64,000 nt of DNA from a virus: the IMG/VR virus record IMGVR_UViG_3300027754_000044, one strand, 5' to 3'. Each line of letters opens with the position of its first letter. The first letter of the stretch is position 1. The position numbers and the translations under genes were made by a program. Of the stretch, positions 35,714 to 45,421 are shown in pieces. The notes beneath the pieces are model-generated. The model had not been told where the DNA came from. It saw only the letters and a program-made list of their open reading frames with translations, and did no database searches.

Positions 35714-36657
35714 TATTTGAACTGACAGTCAGCCATGATGGAAGTCAAACAAGCAGCGATGTTTATTTCCTGATCCACAACGAATGCGCTCTTGTATTGA
35801 TAGTCGCCGAGAGTCAAAACTAATTGAGGAACTGATTCTGGCTTCAAGTAATCATACGCAGTTTCATACAATTTACGAAAGAGTGTATTCGTTTCCATTG
35901 CATTATTCTGAGCAACCCATTTGCGCATAGAAGTGAAATCACGATCCTTAAGATACTTGATAATGTCTTTCAAATCTACATCTGCGACTTGAGCTAAAAT
36001 TCCGGCATCGATTTTACCATTCGCTGCATGACGTTGTAGTTCATTTAGAACACGCCGCCAGTCTGGAAAGAATTTAGTAATGAGCTGTGCAACAACTTTC
36101 TTGTCATATTCGATTCCTTCTTTTTCAAGAATCATATAAGTCCTTTGAAGGAATTGAGTAGCCAATTCAGCTTTCTCTTTTCCTTCAATCTTGAAATCAA
36201 CAACTGAACATCGAGAATGTAAAGGCGCAATGATTCTATTCTTGAAGTTACAAGTTAGAATAAACCCACAGTTGTTTGAGAACTCTTCCATAAAATTACG
36301 GAGAGCTGGCTGAGTTGAATTAGCATTTAGATAATCCGCTTCATCCAATATGACATACTTCCGGTCAGAAGTAAAGGAAACAGTCGCAGCGTAATTTCGA
36401 ATATCATTACGAAGTGTATCAATATTACCATTCATCGATCCATTAATGATAATATAATCACCATTAATTTCATCCAGCATAGCCCTGGCGACTGTCGTCT
36501 TACCGACTCCAGGCCCACCATTCAATAGCAGATTCGGAATTGCCTTATCATCAACAAATTTTTGGAATATTGTCTTTAGACTATTGGGTAGAATGCAATC
36601 TGCGATTTTATGGGGGCGATATTTTTCAACGAATAAAAATTCTTCACGATCAAGCAT
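35713..36657 (-). CDS. gp44: Clamp loader AAA+ subunit (gp44)
   Basis: VEKYRP, GPGVGKT, ILDEAD, PLHSRC. Confidence 0.96.
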   Translation of the reverse strand: MLDREEFLFVEKYRPHKIADCILPNSLKTIFQKFVDDKAIPNLLLNGGPGVGKTTVARAMLDEINGDYIIINGSMNGNIDTLRNDIRNYAATVSFTSDRKYVILDEADYLNANSTQPALRNFMEEFSNNCGFILTCNFKNRIIAPLHSRCSVVDFKIEGKEKAELATQFLQRTYMILEKEGIEYDKKVVAQLITKFFPDWRRVLNELQRHAANGKIDAGILAQVADVDLKDIIKYLKDRDFTSMRKWVAQNNAMETNTLFRKLYETAYDYLKPESVPQLVLTLGDYQYKSAFVVDQEINIAACLTSIMADCQFK

Positions 36658-36699
36658 GTATACTCCATAATATAAATTTAATTCAGACTACATTTAAAA

Positions 36700-37362
36700 T
36701 CAATTTACGCGAGAACCTTGTTCGGTTGCAATCCAATACTCGACATCTCCTGTCTTAGATTTAAAGTTAGCGATGCCTTTAGCAGAAATCGTCACATCAT
36801 AATCTCGCGGTAGCAATTTCAAATTCTCTACTTTGAAAATCATATTATAATTCATAGAGCAAGTGCCAACGGGATAGTCAAAAGTATTTCCGTTGCTTGT
36901 TCTAGAATCAATAGCGGTCATGGATACTACTCCGTCTTGACCTAGGAGAGCGATTTCTGGCAATGACATAACACCTGCAGCTTTGAGCGCATAAGCCATA
37001 ACGTCTTTTTCGATCGTGAATGTTACGTCTACACTTGGAAGAACAATATCTTTTTCCGGCGGTGTTGTGATCGTAGCTGCACTTGCATACGCGTATGTCG
37101 CAGAAGCTTTTTTGTTCTTGATCTTTAGAAGATTTTCTTGAAAATCAAGTTCCGGATCTTCGAACATCGACGTCATGCTGAGTAATTCTGGAAGATTGTA
37201 AATTGCACATTCTTTCGGAAAGGTCTCTGCTACAGTCGCTTGAGCAAGAATAGTTTTCTGGGCAGAAACAGTTCGGATTTTATTACCCGGTTTCAACAAA
37301 ACAGACATGTTAATAGAAGAAAAGTTTTTTAGAATCTCAATTGTTTCATTAGAAAGTTTCAT
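36700..37362 (-). CDS. gp45: Sliding clamp (gp45)
   Basis: MKLSNETIEILKNFSSIN; FKVENLK; YWIA. Confidence 0.95.
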   Translation of the reverse strand: MKLSNETIEILKNFSSINMSVLLKPGNKIRTVSAQKTILAQATVAETFPKECAIYNLPELLSMTSMFEDPELDFQENLLKIKNKKASATYAYASAATITTPPEKDIVLPSVDVTFTIEKDVMAYALKAAGVMSLPEIALLGQDGVVSMTAIDSRTSNGNTFDYPVGTCSMNYNMIFKVENLKLLPRDYDVTISAKGIANFKSKTGDVEYWIATEQGSRVN

Positions 37363-37386
37363 TTGTTACTCCATTATTAAAATACA

Positions 37387-37415
37387 ATTATAACACACCT
37401 AAATCTAAATGTAAA
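37387..37415 (-). promoter_or_regulatory. Sigma70-type promoter upstream of gp45
   Basis: TTTACA-N17-TATAAT. Confidence 0.7.
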
Positions 37416-38273
37416 TCACTTTTTCTTTTTCTTCTTCAACATACTCACATCAGCCGTAGCAGTTACTCCAAGATTCGCTAAGTCGACCAAGGATCCACCG
37501 AAGACATAAGTGCCTTGATGTTCAAGTTTCATCCAAGGACACAGCCAAACTTTGATTCCGGCATCACGTGAATACTGACAGAACATATAATCTTCAGAAA
37601 GATATCGTTTTGTTTTCGGATCGATTACGCAATCGAAATACGCATGAATCTCTCGCGATCCATCAAAATGTTCAGTGCGAACATGATCTGGCTTATATGA
37701 AAGATGAGGATACGCCTTTTTGTATTTCTCAAACACACCGCGCTGAATCATCATGAATCCAGTTCCACCTTCTAGAACTTCTACTGGCTCATTCAATGCG
37801 ATCGACTCTTGACCGTCTGTGGGATTGAAAACATAATCACCAACATATTTCTCTAGATCTTGAGGATTTTTATCTGCGAATCCGCGATCAACAGCTTTCT
37901 TAATCTTTTCCCAAGAAATACATTTCTTTGGGTATGGACCACAAACAACTTCTTTATCGCTACCTGTTGCAGCAATTACAGAAAGAGCGATTACGTCGTC
38001 TGGATCAAATCCGATATCTGCATCGATAAACATCAAATGCGTGCAATCGCTCCGAAGGAATTCGTCAACGAGATAATTTCTGGCTCGCGTTATTAGCGAC
38101 TCGTTATATAGATAGAAAAATCTGACATCCATTCCGTATTTGGAAGAAAGTATTGCTAGGTCCGCAGACGATTTGCAATATTGTCCGGTGCACATTCCGC
38201 CATACATTGGCGTAGCAATAAAAATTTTTCTTTTGCGTAGTTCTTCAATAGACACTGAAATTTCTATAGACAT
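37416..38273 (-). CDS. GT-A fold glycosyltransferase-like protein
   Basis: IATPMYGG, ESLITRARN, FIDADI (DxD), GTGFMMI, YLSEDYMFC. Confidence 0.75.
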   Translation of the reverse strand: MSIEISVSIEELRKRKIFIATPMYGGMCTGQYCKSSADLAILSSKYGMDVRFFYLYNESLITRARNYLVDEFLRSDCTHLMFIDADIGFDPDDVIALSVIAATGSDKEVVCGPYPKKCISWEKIKKAVDRGFADKNPQDLEKYVGDYVFNPTDGQESIALNEPVEVLEGGTGFMMIQRGVFEKYKKAYPHLSYKPDHVRTEHFDGSREIHAYFDCVIDPKTKRYLSEDYMFCQYSRDAGIKVWLCPWMKLEHQGTYVFGGSLVDLANLGVTATADVSMLKKKKKK

Positions 38274-38305
38274 AATTTTTCACCTTTTGCTATCATTCAA
38301 ACATT

Positions 38306-38313
38306 TATTTATA
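38306..38313 (-). promoter_or_regulatory. T4-type late promoter
   Basis: TATAAATA. Confidence 0.55.
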
Positions 38314-38344
38314 TCAAAAATTCAGTATAATTTAAATCTATGAT

Positions 38345-38375
38345 AAAAAAACAGGGATGCCTATAGGCATCCCTG
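38345..38375 (-). terminator. Rho-independent terminator
   Basis: CAGGGATGCC-TATA-GGCATCCCTG followed by T7. Confidence 0.85.
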
Positions 38376-38387
38376 CCCAATTGCAGA

Positions 38388-38645
38388 TTACGCAGCGAGT
38401 GCGCGATAACCAGCAGCAATAACGCGACGTGTCGGAGCGCCATGCTTGTAGACTGACGCAACTTGACCATTCGAAAATGTCTTGCGATTGCAATAAATCG
38501 CATAACCTTTTTGGCGAAGGTACGAAGCTACAGCCGACATGTTGCTGATTCCGAATCGTGCCTTGGCTTGACCTTCGGTGAGATCATAACCTTTCTTCAG
38601 GAACGAAAGGACACGTGCTGTTTTGCTAGTTTTGGTTTTAACCAT
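38388..38645 (-). CDS. Small basic, probably winged-helix DNA-binding protein
   Basis: RVLSFLKKG.DLT..QA..RFGI.N.SA..SYLRQKGYAIY; GGAG SD. Confidence 0.6.
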   Translation of the reverse strand: MVKTKTSKTARVLSFLKKGYDLTEGQAKARFGISNMSAVASYLRQKGYAIYCNRKTFSNGQVASVYKHGAPTRRVIAAGYRALAA

Positions 38646-38675
38646 ATTTTGAAACTCCTATTTAAATTTAAAAAC

Positions 38676-39869
38676 CTACGCAACGATTTGCGGCGTAGTC
38701 TCCTGCACACCAGACTCAATACTACTATCTGATGCTACTGAAGGCGGTTGTGCTACGGTTTCATCTACCTTGGAATATAGATCCAGAAAGGCAGTTTTTG
38801 TTTCTTCATCGAAACGATTGATACACATACGGATAGAACGCATACGATCACCAAAGAGCTTGTATGTCTGAACAATGTGAACAAGACGACGCGTAGAGAT
38901 AACTTCATCAATCGCATTTTCTGCGAACGTCTTTCGAATCACTTCAGCCCACATGATGAGTTTATCTACAAACTTAGATTCATCTTCTATCATCTGACGA
39001 TTATCAGCGAAATACAGATTCAAAATTTTTCGTTCAACAGTAGCATTTGGAAACTGCTGCTCGATCGTGATCGGAAATCGTTCAAGCCATGCGTCATCCA
39101 ACATCGTTGCAGAAACATAACGACCATCTTCAGAACCTTTACCTTTAGTATTGGCTGTTACGATAATATTGAATCCAGTCTGGGCATAAACAACTTCACC
39201 AGTTTTCTTTACGAAATATGGCTTGCCTTCAAGGACTCCTTGCAGACACATGATCTTGCCTGGATCTGCGCGGTCCGCTTCGTCTAAGAGAAGCAATGCA
39301 CCAAGTTCCATTGCACGAAGGACAGGACCTTTAATGAATTTTGTTTCTCCGTTGATGAGTCGAAATCCACCCATCAAATCGTCTTCATCAGTTTCTTTAG
39401 ACAACTGAATACGAATCATTTTCGTATTAGAACGAGAAGCTGCTTGTTCAACCATAAACGTCTTACCGTTTCCAGACATTCCGGAAATAAATATTGGAAA
39501 AAATTGTTTTGATTTTATAATTTTTTCAATGTCTTTGAATTCTCCGAACGGAACATAATGCGAATCACGTTCTGGAACAATTGCATAATTGTGTGACGAT
39601 ACTGCGTTTGGATCAAAATGCATCTTTGCCTCAGTCTCGATCTTTGGGCTGCGAGTAATCGCAACAACTTGTGCAGCCATATTAATGGGTGTAGATTTCA
39701 GGTCTGAAGGCAATTGAAACTTACCCCAACCCACGTTGAATTTTTTCCGATAAAGAAATTTTGCATTATCGTAACCAAGAGACTGAACATACTCTTCGAT
39801 ATCTTTTTTACGAAGAACTGCACTCTTACCAAATTTCTTAATAAGCTCTTCAAGAATAACTTGTTTCAT
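38676..39869 (-). CDS. cobS: CobS/MoxR-like AAA+ ATPase
   Basis: GMSGNGKT; ETDEDDLMGG; LLLDEAD; TANTKGKG; ISTRRL. Confidence 0.88.
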   Translation of the reverse strand: MKQVILEELIKKFGKSAVLRKKDIEEYVQSLGYDNAKFLYRKKFNVGWGKFQLPSDLKSTPINMAAQVVAITRSPKIETEAKMHFDPNAVSSHNYAIVPERDSHYVPFGEFKDIEKIIKSKQFFPIFISGMSGNGKTFMVEQAASRSNTKMIRIQLSKETDEDDLMGGFRLINGETKFIKGPVLRAMELGALLLLDEADRADPGKIMCLQGVLEGKPYFVKKTGEVVYAQTGFNIIVTANTKGKGSEDGRYVSATMLDDAWLERFPITIEQQFPNATVERKILNLYFADNRQMIEDESKFVDKLIMWAEVIRKTFAENAIDEVISTRRLVHIVQTYKLFGDRMRSIRMCINRFDEETKTAFLDLYSKVDETVAQPPSVASDSSIESGVQETTPQIVA

Positions 39870-39904
39870 TTTATTTCCATTATATAATTGATACGGGAGT
39901 TACT

Positions 39905-39933
39905 ATTATACTTCACTCACAGCTAATTGTCAA
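39905..39933 (-). promoter_or_regulatory. Consensus sigma70 early promoter
   Basis: TTGACA-N17-TATAAT. Confidence 0.85.
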
Positions 39934-39940
39934 GGCAAAT

Positions 39941-42052
39941 TTATGCGGCAATTTTCTCAATAAATTTTGATAAGAGAACTCGACTAACACCACGGCGAAT
40001 ATTGACTTTTATAAATGCCTTCGCGAGAGAATTTTTGGTCTCATAAACTTCATCACCCAACAAAGAATCCTCAGTTTGAATTTCGTCACCACCATGAATC
40101 AAGAAATAATCATCAAATTTCAGATACCCTTTCATGTGAAAATATTTTTGTTTCCGCATTTTTCTGTAATTTATATCTGATGTTTCGCTTTGATTAGGAT
40201 ATGCTAAATTAATTGTTCTTTTGATTCGTGAATTTGAATTTTCAATACGATAGCAAATTACATTAACTGAGCATCGATTTTTGAGAAATTCAACAAAAAC
40301 ATTAGTGTTAGTCTCATAGTCATCAGTTGATTTTTTTTGTATTACAATTTCTTCTTTTGTCTGGATATCGCGAGCAACTAATTTATATTTGTAGTGATAT
40401 GTTAAATTATTATATCCAACGTCAGTCCTATAATGGCTAACAGTAGATTCACCATCAGTCATAACAACACAATTAACTATTTGTGCATTTGTCTGTTTTT
40501 TGAAATCTACGATCAATTTACGAGCATAAATCAATGCTGAATTTAACGGTGTGCCATTTAAATGAATACAATTAGAATACCATGAATCATTTCCTAGTTT
40601 ACGAAATTTCCAATTTTTCTGATTACATCCATCTGCAAAATTCAAAAGCCATTGACCCATTTCAGAAAACTGATTATTTCGCATTTTTTCCGTGAAGAGT
40701 TCTATTAATTTATCTGCACCCTTTACAGAAATATCACCTATCTTATCATCGAGAAACTCAGGACTCTGCATATATTTTTCAGATATCGTTTGATCAGTAA
40801 ATGCATAAACACGATGTGGAATATTAACCCTGCGGCAAAATAAAGTCAAGCACAATAATTGTTCAATTGTTCCTAGCATATTTTCTGTCATAGATCCAGA
40901 AAAATCAACAAAAAGAACTAATCCATGATTTTTAGATTCTGGCAATATTGTTGTTTTTTTGAAGATATCATCAATGATCTTATATGCATGTAGTTTATTA
41001 CAATTAATAACCCCTGTTTTTGATTCACGCTGTCTAATATAATGATCAGCAGCTTTTTTCATTTCAAATTCTTTAACGAGATAAGAAACGACTTTACTGT
41101 TTACATTCAAGAATTTATTCCAAGAAATCTTATTTTGTTTGGCGATTTTAGAATTTAAATCTTTAGATAAATCATCATTGTTTGAATGATTTCTGAATCT
41201 ATACATGTATTCAGATTTTATATATGCGTCTTTTTCATCTCTAAACATCTGAAGAAGAGATGAAAAAGGGAGAGTTATATTTTTATATTCTTTATCTTGA
41301 ACATTTACATAATAAATTGGTTTTGATTTATCATCAATCAATTGTTCTGCAATAGTATCATCCATTGATGTTTGTGTATCACAGGAGAATAGATCTTGAT
41401 CTTGATCTTCTTCGTCTTCTTCTGTGAAAAACTCATCACTTTCCATATGTTCTGATTGATCTTCATCCTCATCTTCATCAATCTGGATGAAGATATCACC
41501 ACCGCGTGTATCTCCTTCTTCTTCTTTTTTCTTCAAGAATTCAAATATCCGATGTGTGATATCCACAACTTCATCCCAAGTTTTGGCAGATTCAGTATCA
41601 TCGACAAAACATTTTTCATCTTCTTGAAACATAATATTCTGGAATGATCCTATCTTAAAATGCAGATTTAGGCGATCCAAGAAATTCATGGTTTCTATAT
41701 TTTTTTCTTTGATCTTGAAAAAATCTTTATCAAAGAGCTCTTTATATCCTTCATAAAAATCACGGCGAAGACCTGGATATTTGATCTTCATTTTACGCTC
41801 AATTCGAGCGTCTTCTACGATATTACATATAGTCTTTTCTTCGGTAACCAAACCACTCCAACCAGAATCGGGAGTATACAAAGCGTGACCAACTTCGTGA
41901 CCTACTAATAGAGTTTCTAATGTGGGGGTGATATCTTTCCACATTGGGAGAGTTAGAATTCGATTTTTGGTATCGAAAGAAGCTGTAGGCGCGTTACGAT
42001 GCTCAACAACAATATTTTCTGTTGCTAGGAGCTTTGCAAGTTTGTCGATCAT
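39941..42052 (-). CDS. CobT-like protein: N-terminal HExxH domain, acidic linker, C-terminal VWA domain
   Basis: HEVGHALYT, NIVEDARIE; DFSGSM MIDAS, GTPL, MTDGE. Confidence 0.85.
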   Translation of the reverse strand: MIDKLAKLLATENIVVEHRNAPTASFDTKNRILTLPMWKDITPTLETLLVGHEVGHALYTPDSGWSGLVTEEKTICNIVEDARIERKMKIKYPGLRRDFYEGYKELFDKDFFKIKEKNIETMNFLDRLNLHFKIGSFQNIMFQEDEKCFVDDTESAKTWDEVVDITHRIFEFLKKKEEEGDTRGGDIFIQIDEDEDEDQSEHMESDEFFTEEDEEDQDQDLFSCDTQTSMDDTIAEQLIDDKSKPIYYVNVQDKEYKNITLPFSSLLQMFRDEKDAYIKSEYMYRFRNHSNNDDLSKDLNSKIAKQNKISWNKFLNVNSKVVSYLVKEFEMKKAADHYIRQRESKTGVINCNKLHAYKIIDDIFKKTTILPESKNHGLVLFVDFSGSMTENMLGTIEQLLCLTLFCRRVNIPHRVYAFTDQTISEKYMQSPEFLDDKIGDISVKGADKLIELFTEKMRNNQFSEMGQWLLNFADGCNQKNWKFRKLGNDSWYSNCIHLNGTPLNSALIYARKLIVDFKKQTNAQIVNCVVMTDGESTVSHYRTDVGYNNLTYHYKYKLVARDIQTKEEIVIQKKSTDDYETNTNVFVEFLKNRCSVNVICYRIENSNSRIKRTINLAYPNQSETSDINYRKMRKQKYFHMKGYLKFDDYFLIHGGDEIQTEDSLLGDEVYETKNSLAKAFIKVNIRRGVSRVLLSKFIEKIAA

Positions 42053-42079
42053 GATTTTTTTCCGTAATTTAACAATACC

Positions 42080-42108
42080 ATTATACTATCATGAAGGTTA
42101 ATTGTCAA
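42080..42108 (-). promoter_or_regulatory. Consensus sigma70 early promoter
   Basis: TTGACA-N17-TATAAT. Confidence 0.85.
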
Positions 42109-42111
42109 GGC

Positions 42112-42816
42112 CTATTTTATTGCTAAAAATCCTACAAACGCATGGTTTTGCCAAAAAGATTCAATTTTGCTAAAACCTGCAGCTTTGCACATATTTAGTA
42201 ATTCTTTACGGGTGTTTGGTTTAGCCATCGACCGCAAAGTTTTTTCTTTATCCATAATATCGTCAGTTGTGAAACTTTTTCTTTTATAGTCGTAATATGT
42301 AAAAGTTCTAATATCTTGAATTTTTGCAGAGTCCGCCATGGTCTTCTCAGAAAAAACGAATGCACCACCGGAATTTAATCCATTATATACATTTTTGATA
42401 ACTTCCATTCGCTGATGCGGTGGCATAAACATCAGAGTGAAGATCGAAGAAACGAAGGAACAATTTTCAAAATCATAATCTCGAACATCAATATTGTAAA
42501 AATACAAATTTGGTATGAAATTTTCTTTCGTTGAAGACGTCCATTCATCTGACCGTTTCGGCCATTCTTCAGCGAATTTTTCTTCTAGTTCAATTCCAAT
42601 ATACGATGCTCTTTTAGAAAAAGAATTTTGATTGATCATAGTTTTCAACATTTTTCCAGTAGAGCAACCAATATCAACGACTTTTGTATCATCTTCCACA
42701 AAATATTCTGAAAGTTTCAATACATCGTCTATAAGATTAGAATACCCTCGTATAGACAAATCTATGTGTGTATCGAATCCTTCAGAACGTTGTGCGAATG
42801 TAAAAGGTTGTGTCAT
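42112..42816 (-). CDS. cmoA: CmoA-like carboxy-S-adenosylmethionine synthase
   Basis: FD.HI..SIRGY, DIGCSTG, SIFTLMF, LNSGGAFVFSEK, DYKR, AGF..IESFWQ...F..FLAIK, colinear with CmoA. Confidence 0.8.
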   Translation of the reverse strand: MTQPFTFAQRSEGFDTHIDLSIRGYSNLIDDVLKLSEYFVEDDTKVVDIGCSTGKMLKTMINQNSFSKRASYIGIELEEKFAEEWPKRSDEWTSSTKENFIPNLYFYNIDVRDYDFENCSFVSSIFTLMFMPPHQRMEVIKNVYNGLNSGGAFVFSEKTMADSAKIQDIRTFTYYDYKRKSFTTDDIMDKEKTLRSMAKPNTRKELLNMCKAAGFSKIESFWQNHAFVGFLAIK

Positions 42817-44024
42817 GATATATCCTTGTATGGTTTCAATATATTTTTATAAACGTGGCTTGCTAAAGCGAACATCATCTTCGGAGCAACCATTCTTCCG
42901 ATGCGCTCTGCTTGTTGATCGAAAGTTCCTGTCAATTCATAATCATCAGGAAGGCTCATTATACGCTTCAATTCTTTAATTGTCAACTTGCGATCTTCAT
43001 TATAATGTATAACGCCCGATGCACCTTTTTGTTGACCTGTCTGTGTTAAAGTCGGACACGGAAGATGTCGAGCTGGTCGTTTCAAATTGAAACAAGTTTC
43101 TTTTGGCTGAAGAACTTTAGGTGGATTTTTTGGTAACAAACCCACAAACTTTTTCAGGAACCCATTTTCAACAACATCTAATAGTTCTTTCACTTCTTGT
43201 GGGTCATTAACTATATCTCCAATCGCTTTTTCTATAGCAACTTCTTTAGAATATTTTCCATGTTCTTTCGGAGTAGATGGGTTTGGAAATACCACGCTAT
43301 TGACATTTAAAATGTTCAATCCGATTGAATTAGCAACATCATCCCTCACACAAACAAAGAACGTTCTTTGTCTACTCTGTGCAACTCCATACTCTGCAGC
43401 ATTCAATACTTTATATGTGGTAAGATATCCGATCTTTTCGAATCCATTAATGAACTCAGCTAATTTAGCTCTAGCTGTATCCATTGTTAATCCCTTCACA
43501 TTTTCAGCAATGATCACTTTAGGTTTTATATCTTTCGCGATCCTAATAAACTCATTGAAAAGATCCTCAATAGCTTCTACTGTCTTCCCGTCAGAATACG
43601 ACTTTATGCCAGAATGAACTTCAATCGAACCTTCGTGGATCATCTCTCCGTCATCATCAAAATATGATTTTCGAGTATCTAAAATTGCGCCCTTCCAATT
43701 CTTTCCTTTAGACGAAGAAGAAACAGAAAATGCAGAACACGGAGGCGAGCCATCAAATATATCTAATTCGCCTTCTTTTAACCCAGATACATCAAGAAAA
43801 TCTTTTCCAGAAAGTTTTTTTATATCACCTGGAATAATTTTAGTGTCTGGGAAATTTAATGAATATGTCTTAATAGCTTCCTCAACAAATTCATTTATCG
43901 CAAGAACATTTCCACCAGCCAAACGATATCCAGTAGATGATCCACCTCCACCAGCAAATGTAGAAATTACAGTGAATAATTTTTTCGATGATTCTGAAGT
44001 AACATCACTTTTAAAGTATGGCAT
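42813..44024 (-). CDS. C5-cytosine DNA methyltransferase homologue (predicted carboxymethyltransferase)
   Basis: Motif I FAGGGG, IV GSPPC, VI ENV, VIII QSRQR, IX RKLT..E..R; motif X is GRMV rather than GNxV. Confidence 0.9.
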   Translation of the reverse strand: MPYFKSDVTSESSKKLFTVISTFAGGGGSSTGYRLAGGNVLAINEFVEEAIKTYSLNFPDTKIIPGDIKKLSGKDFLDVSGLKEGELDIFDGSPPCSAFSVSSSSKGKNWKGAILDTRKSYFDDDGEMIHEGSIEVHSGIKSYSDGKTVEAIEDLFNEFIRIAKDIKPKVIIAENVKGLTMDTARAKLAEFINGFEKIGYLTTYKVLNAAEYGVAQSRQRTFFVCVRDDVANSIGLNILNVNSVVFPNPSTPKEHGKYSKEVAIEKAIGDIVNDPQEVKELLDVVENGFLKKFVGLLPKNPPKVLQPKETCFNLKRPARHLPCPTLTQTGQQKGASGVIHYNEDRKLTIKELKRIMSLPDDYELTGTFDQQAERIGRMVAPKMMFALASHVYKNILKPYKDIS

Positions 44025-44541
44025 TTTGTCTCTGTTTTTGTTTCATGTAAATTTTTTGTTTGCGTTTTGCTTTTTCTACATGATATGGTTTAGCCGTATT
44101 CGTATAGAGTATTCCTTGCAGATGATCATATTCGTGCAGGAATACTCTAGCGGTCATACCATCAAATTTTATTGTATCTGTAAAATTTTCACAAGTTGTA
44201 TATCGAACACGAACTGCGCTATTACGTTTCATCCGAATAAATAGCCCAGGGAATGTCAGACATCCTTCGTCATAGTAAACATCTTTTCCTATCTCTTCGA
44301 TAAGTTTTGGATTAAATACTGGTATGATGGAAGATCGATCTGATGGATTTCCCATAATAAAAACATTCAAAGGAATACCACATTGCGGAGCAGCTAATCC
44401 TATGCCTCGCTCTTTACACATAAGATCACACATACTTTCGAATAATTCTTTTGGATCATAGATTCCAACCACATCAAAATCAAAATCTTCAGCTTTTTGA
44501 CGGAGGATAGGATGATCTGCACTCACTAAAGATAATTTCAT
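44011..44541 (-). CDS. def: Peptide deformylase
   Basis: GIGLAAPQ, EGCLTFPG, HEYDHLQG. Confidence 0.95.
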   Translation of the reverse strand: MKLSLVSADHPILRQKAEDFDFDVVGIYDPKELFESMCDLMCKERGIGLAAPQCGIPLNVFIMGNPSDRSSIIPVFNPKLIEEIGKDVYYDEGCLTFPGLFIRMKRNSAVRVRYTTCENFTDTIKFDGMTARVFLHEYDHLQGILYTNTAKPYHVEKAKRKQKIYMKQKQRQNAIL

Positions 44542-44753
44542 AATTCCATCCTTGTCCACTCTTTACCACAAACTAAACATTCCATTATTCCTATTCTAGA
44601 ACAAGTTTCACTAACAACATTTCCGTGTTTATCATAAACTTCAGTTTGATGCATCGGAGTAAATTTCTCACCCTTAACTATTCTGCAATCAACGCGATCA
44701 CAATCCACAATAGGTGAATTAGATCCATATTCAGATAAAAATTCTTTTGTCAT
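44538..44753 (-). CDS. Small Cys-containing (Zn-ribbon-like) protein
   Basis: CDRVDC ... CLVCGKEW; ATGA overlaps on both sides. Confidence 0.55.
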   Translation of the reverse strand: MTKEFLSEYGSNSPIVDCDRVDCRIVKGEKFTPMHQTEVYDKHGNVVSETCSRIGIMECLVCGKEWTRMEL

Positions 44754-45421
44754 ATAATCTCCAAATTTCCAGAAATAGATATTCTGTATTCATCACTCGT
44801 ATAAAACGGATATACAGCATGTTGCATTTTTGCATCAAAAATAATCATAGTATCCTGACGCGATTTATCTACAATTATCGAATGCTGATTAACACCAGAC
44901 CTTGCAAGATGATCGGGATAATTAAAAATGAAATTTCCTGCAACAATTGTGTTTCCGACATCAGCAAGCTCTTTTTCTTTTTCTATATCGTATGGTATCT
45001 TATGCCATATTACGAAAGAAAGATCTCCACCATGATGATGGAGTGGATTAATTTCATACTTCTTTTGAAAATTAATCCATAAATCTTTAATGGGATAACC
45101 ATATTCTTCGCTTATTTTTTTACTAATCGCCAGTCTATGTTCTTTCTGTGCGTTCGGATGATCCCAATAATCCCAATATCTAGGAGCCACGACTTTTAAA
45201 AATTGATCCAAATAATCCACGCTTTCCGTCAAAATATATTCATGACGAATGGATCCTGCCAAATGCGGATTATAACTAATGCAATCTCTAAAATCAGTTG
45301 CCAACATTCTCTGAACTTCAACTTCTATACATTGCGTAACACTAGGAGGAACTGGACACGAAGCATATCCAAGTTTGTATATTTCGTTAAAAGATACAGA
45401 TATATTTTCTGATTCACTCAT
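44750..45421 (-). CDS. Putative 2OG-Fe(II) oxygenase
   Basis: WINFQ..EINPLHHH..LSFV, MQHAVYPF, RISISGN. Confidence 0.8.
   Translation of the reverse strand: MSESENISVSFNEIYKLGYASCPVPPSVTQCIEVEVQRMLATDFRDCISYNPHLAGSIRHEYILTESVDYLDQFLKVVAPRYWDYWDHPNAQKEHRLAISKKISEEYGYPIKDLWINFQKKYEINPLHHHGGDLSFVIWHKIPYDIEKEKELADVGNTIVAGNFIFNYPDHLARSGVNQHSIIVDKSRQDTMIIFDAKMQHAVYPFYTSDEYRISISGNLEII

Noticed and set aside
42112-42816. CmoA acting only in tRNA cmo5U modification (the phage has tRNA-Ser UGA)
   Set aside because: Not excluded, but no cmoB is present in the window and the gene is coupled to a DNA MTase with a matching motif-X change
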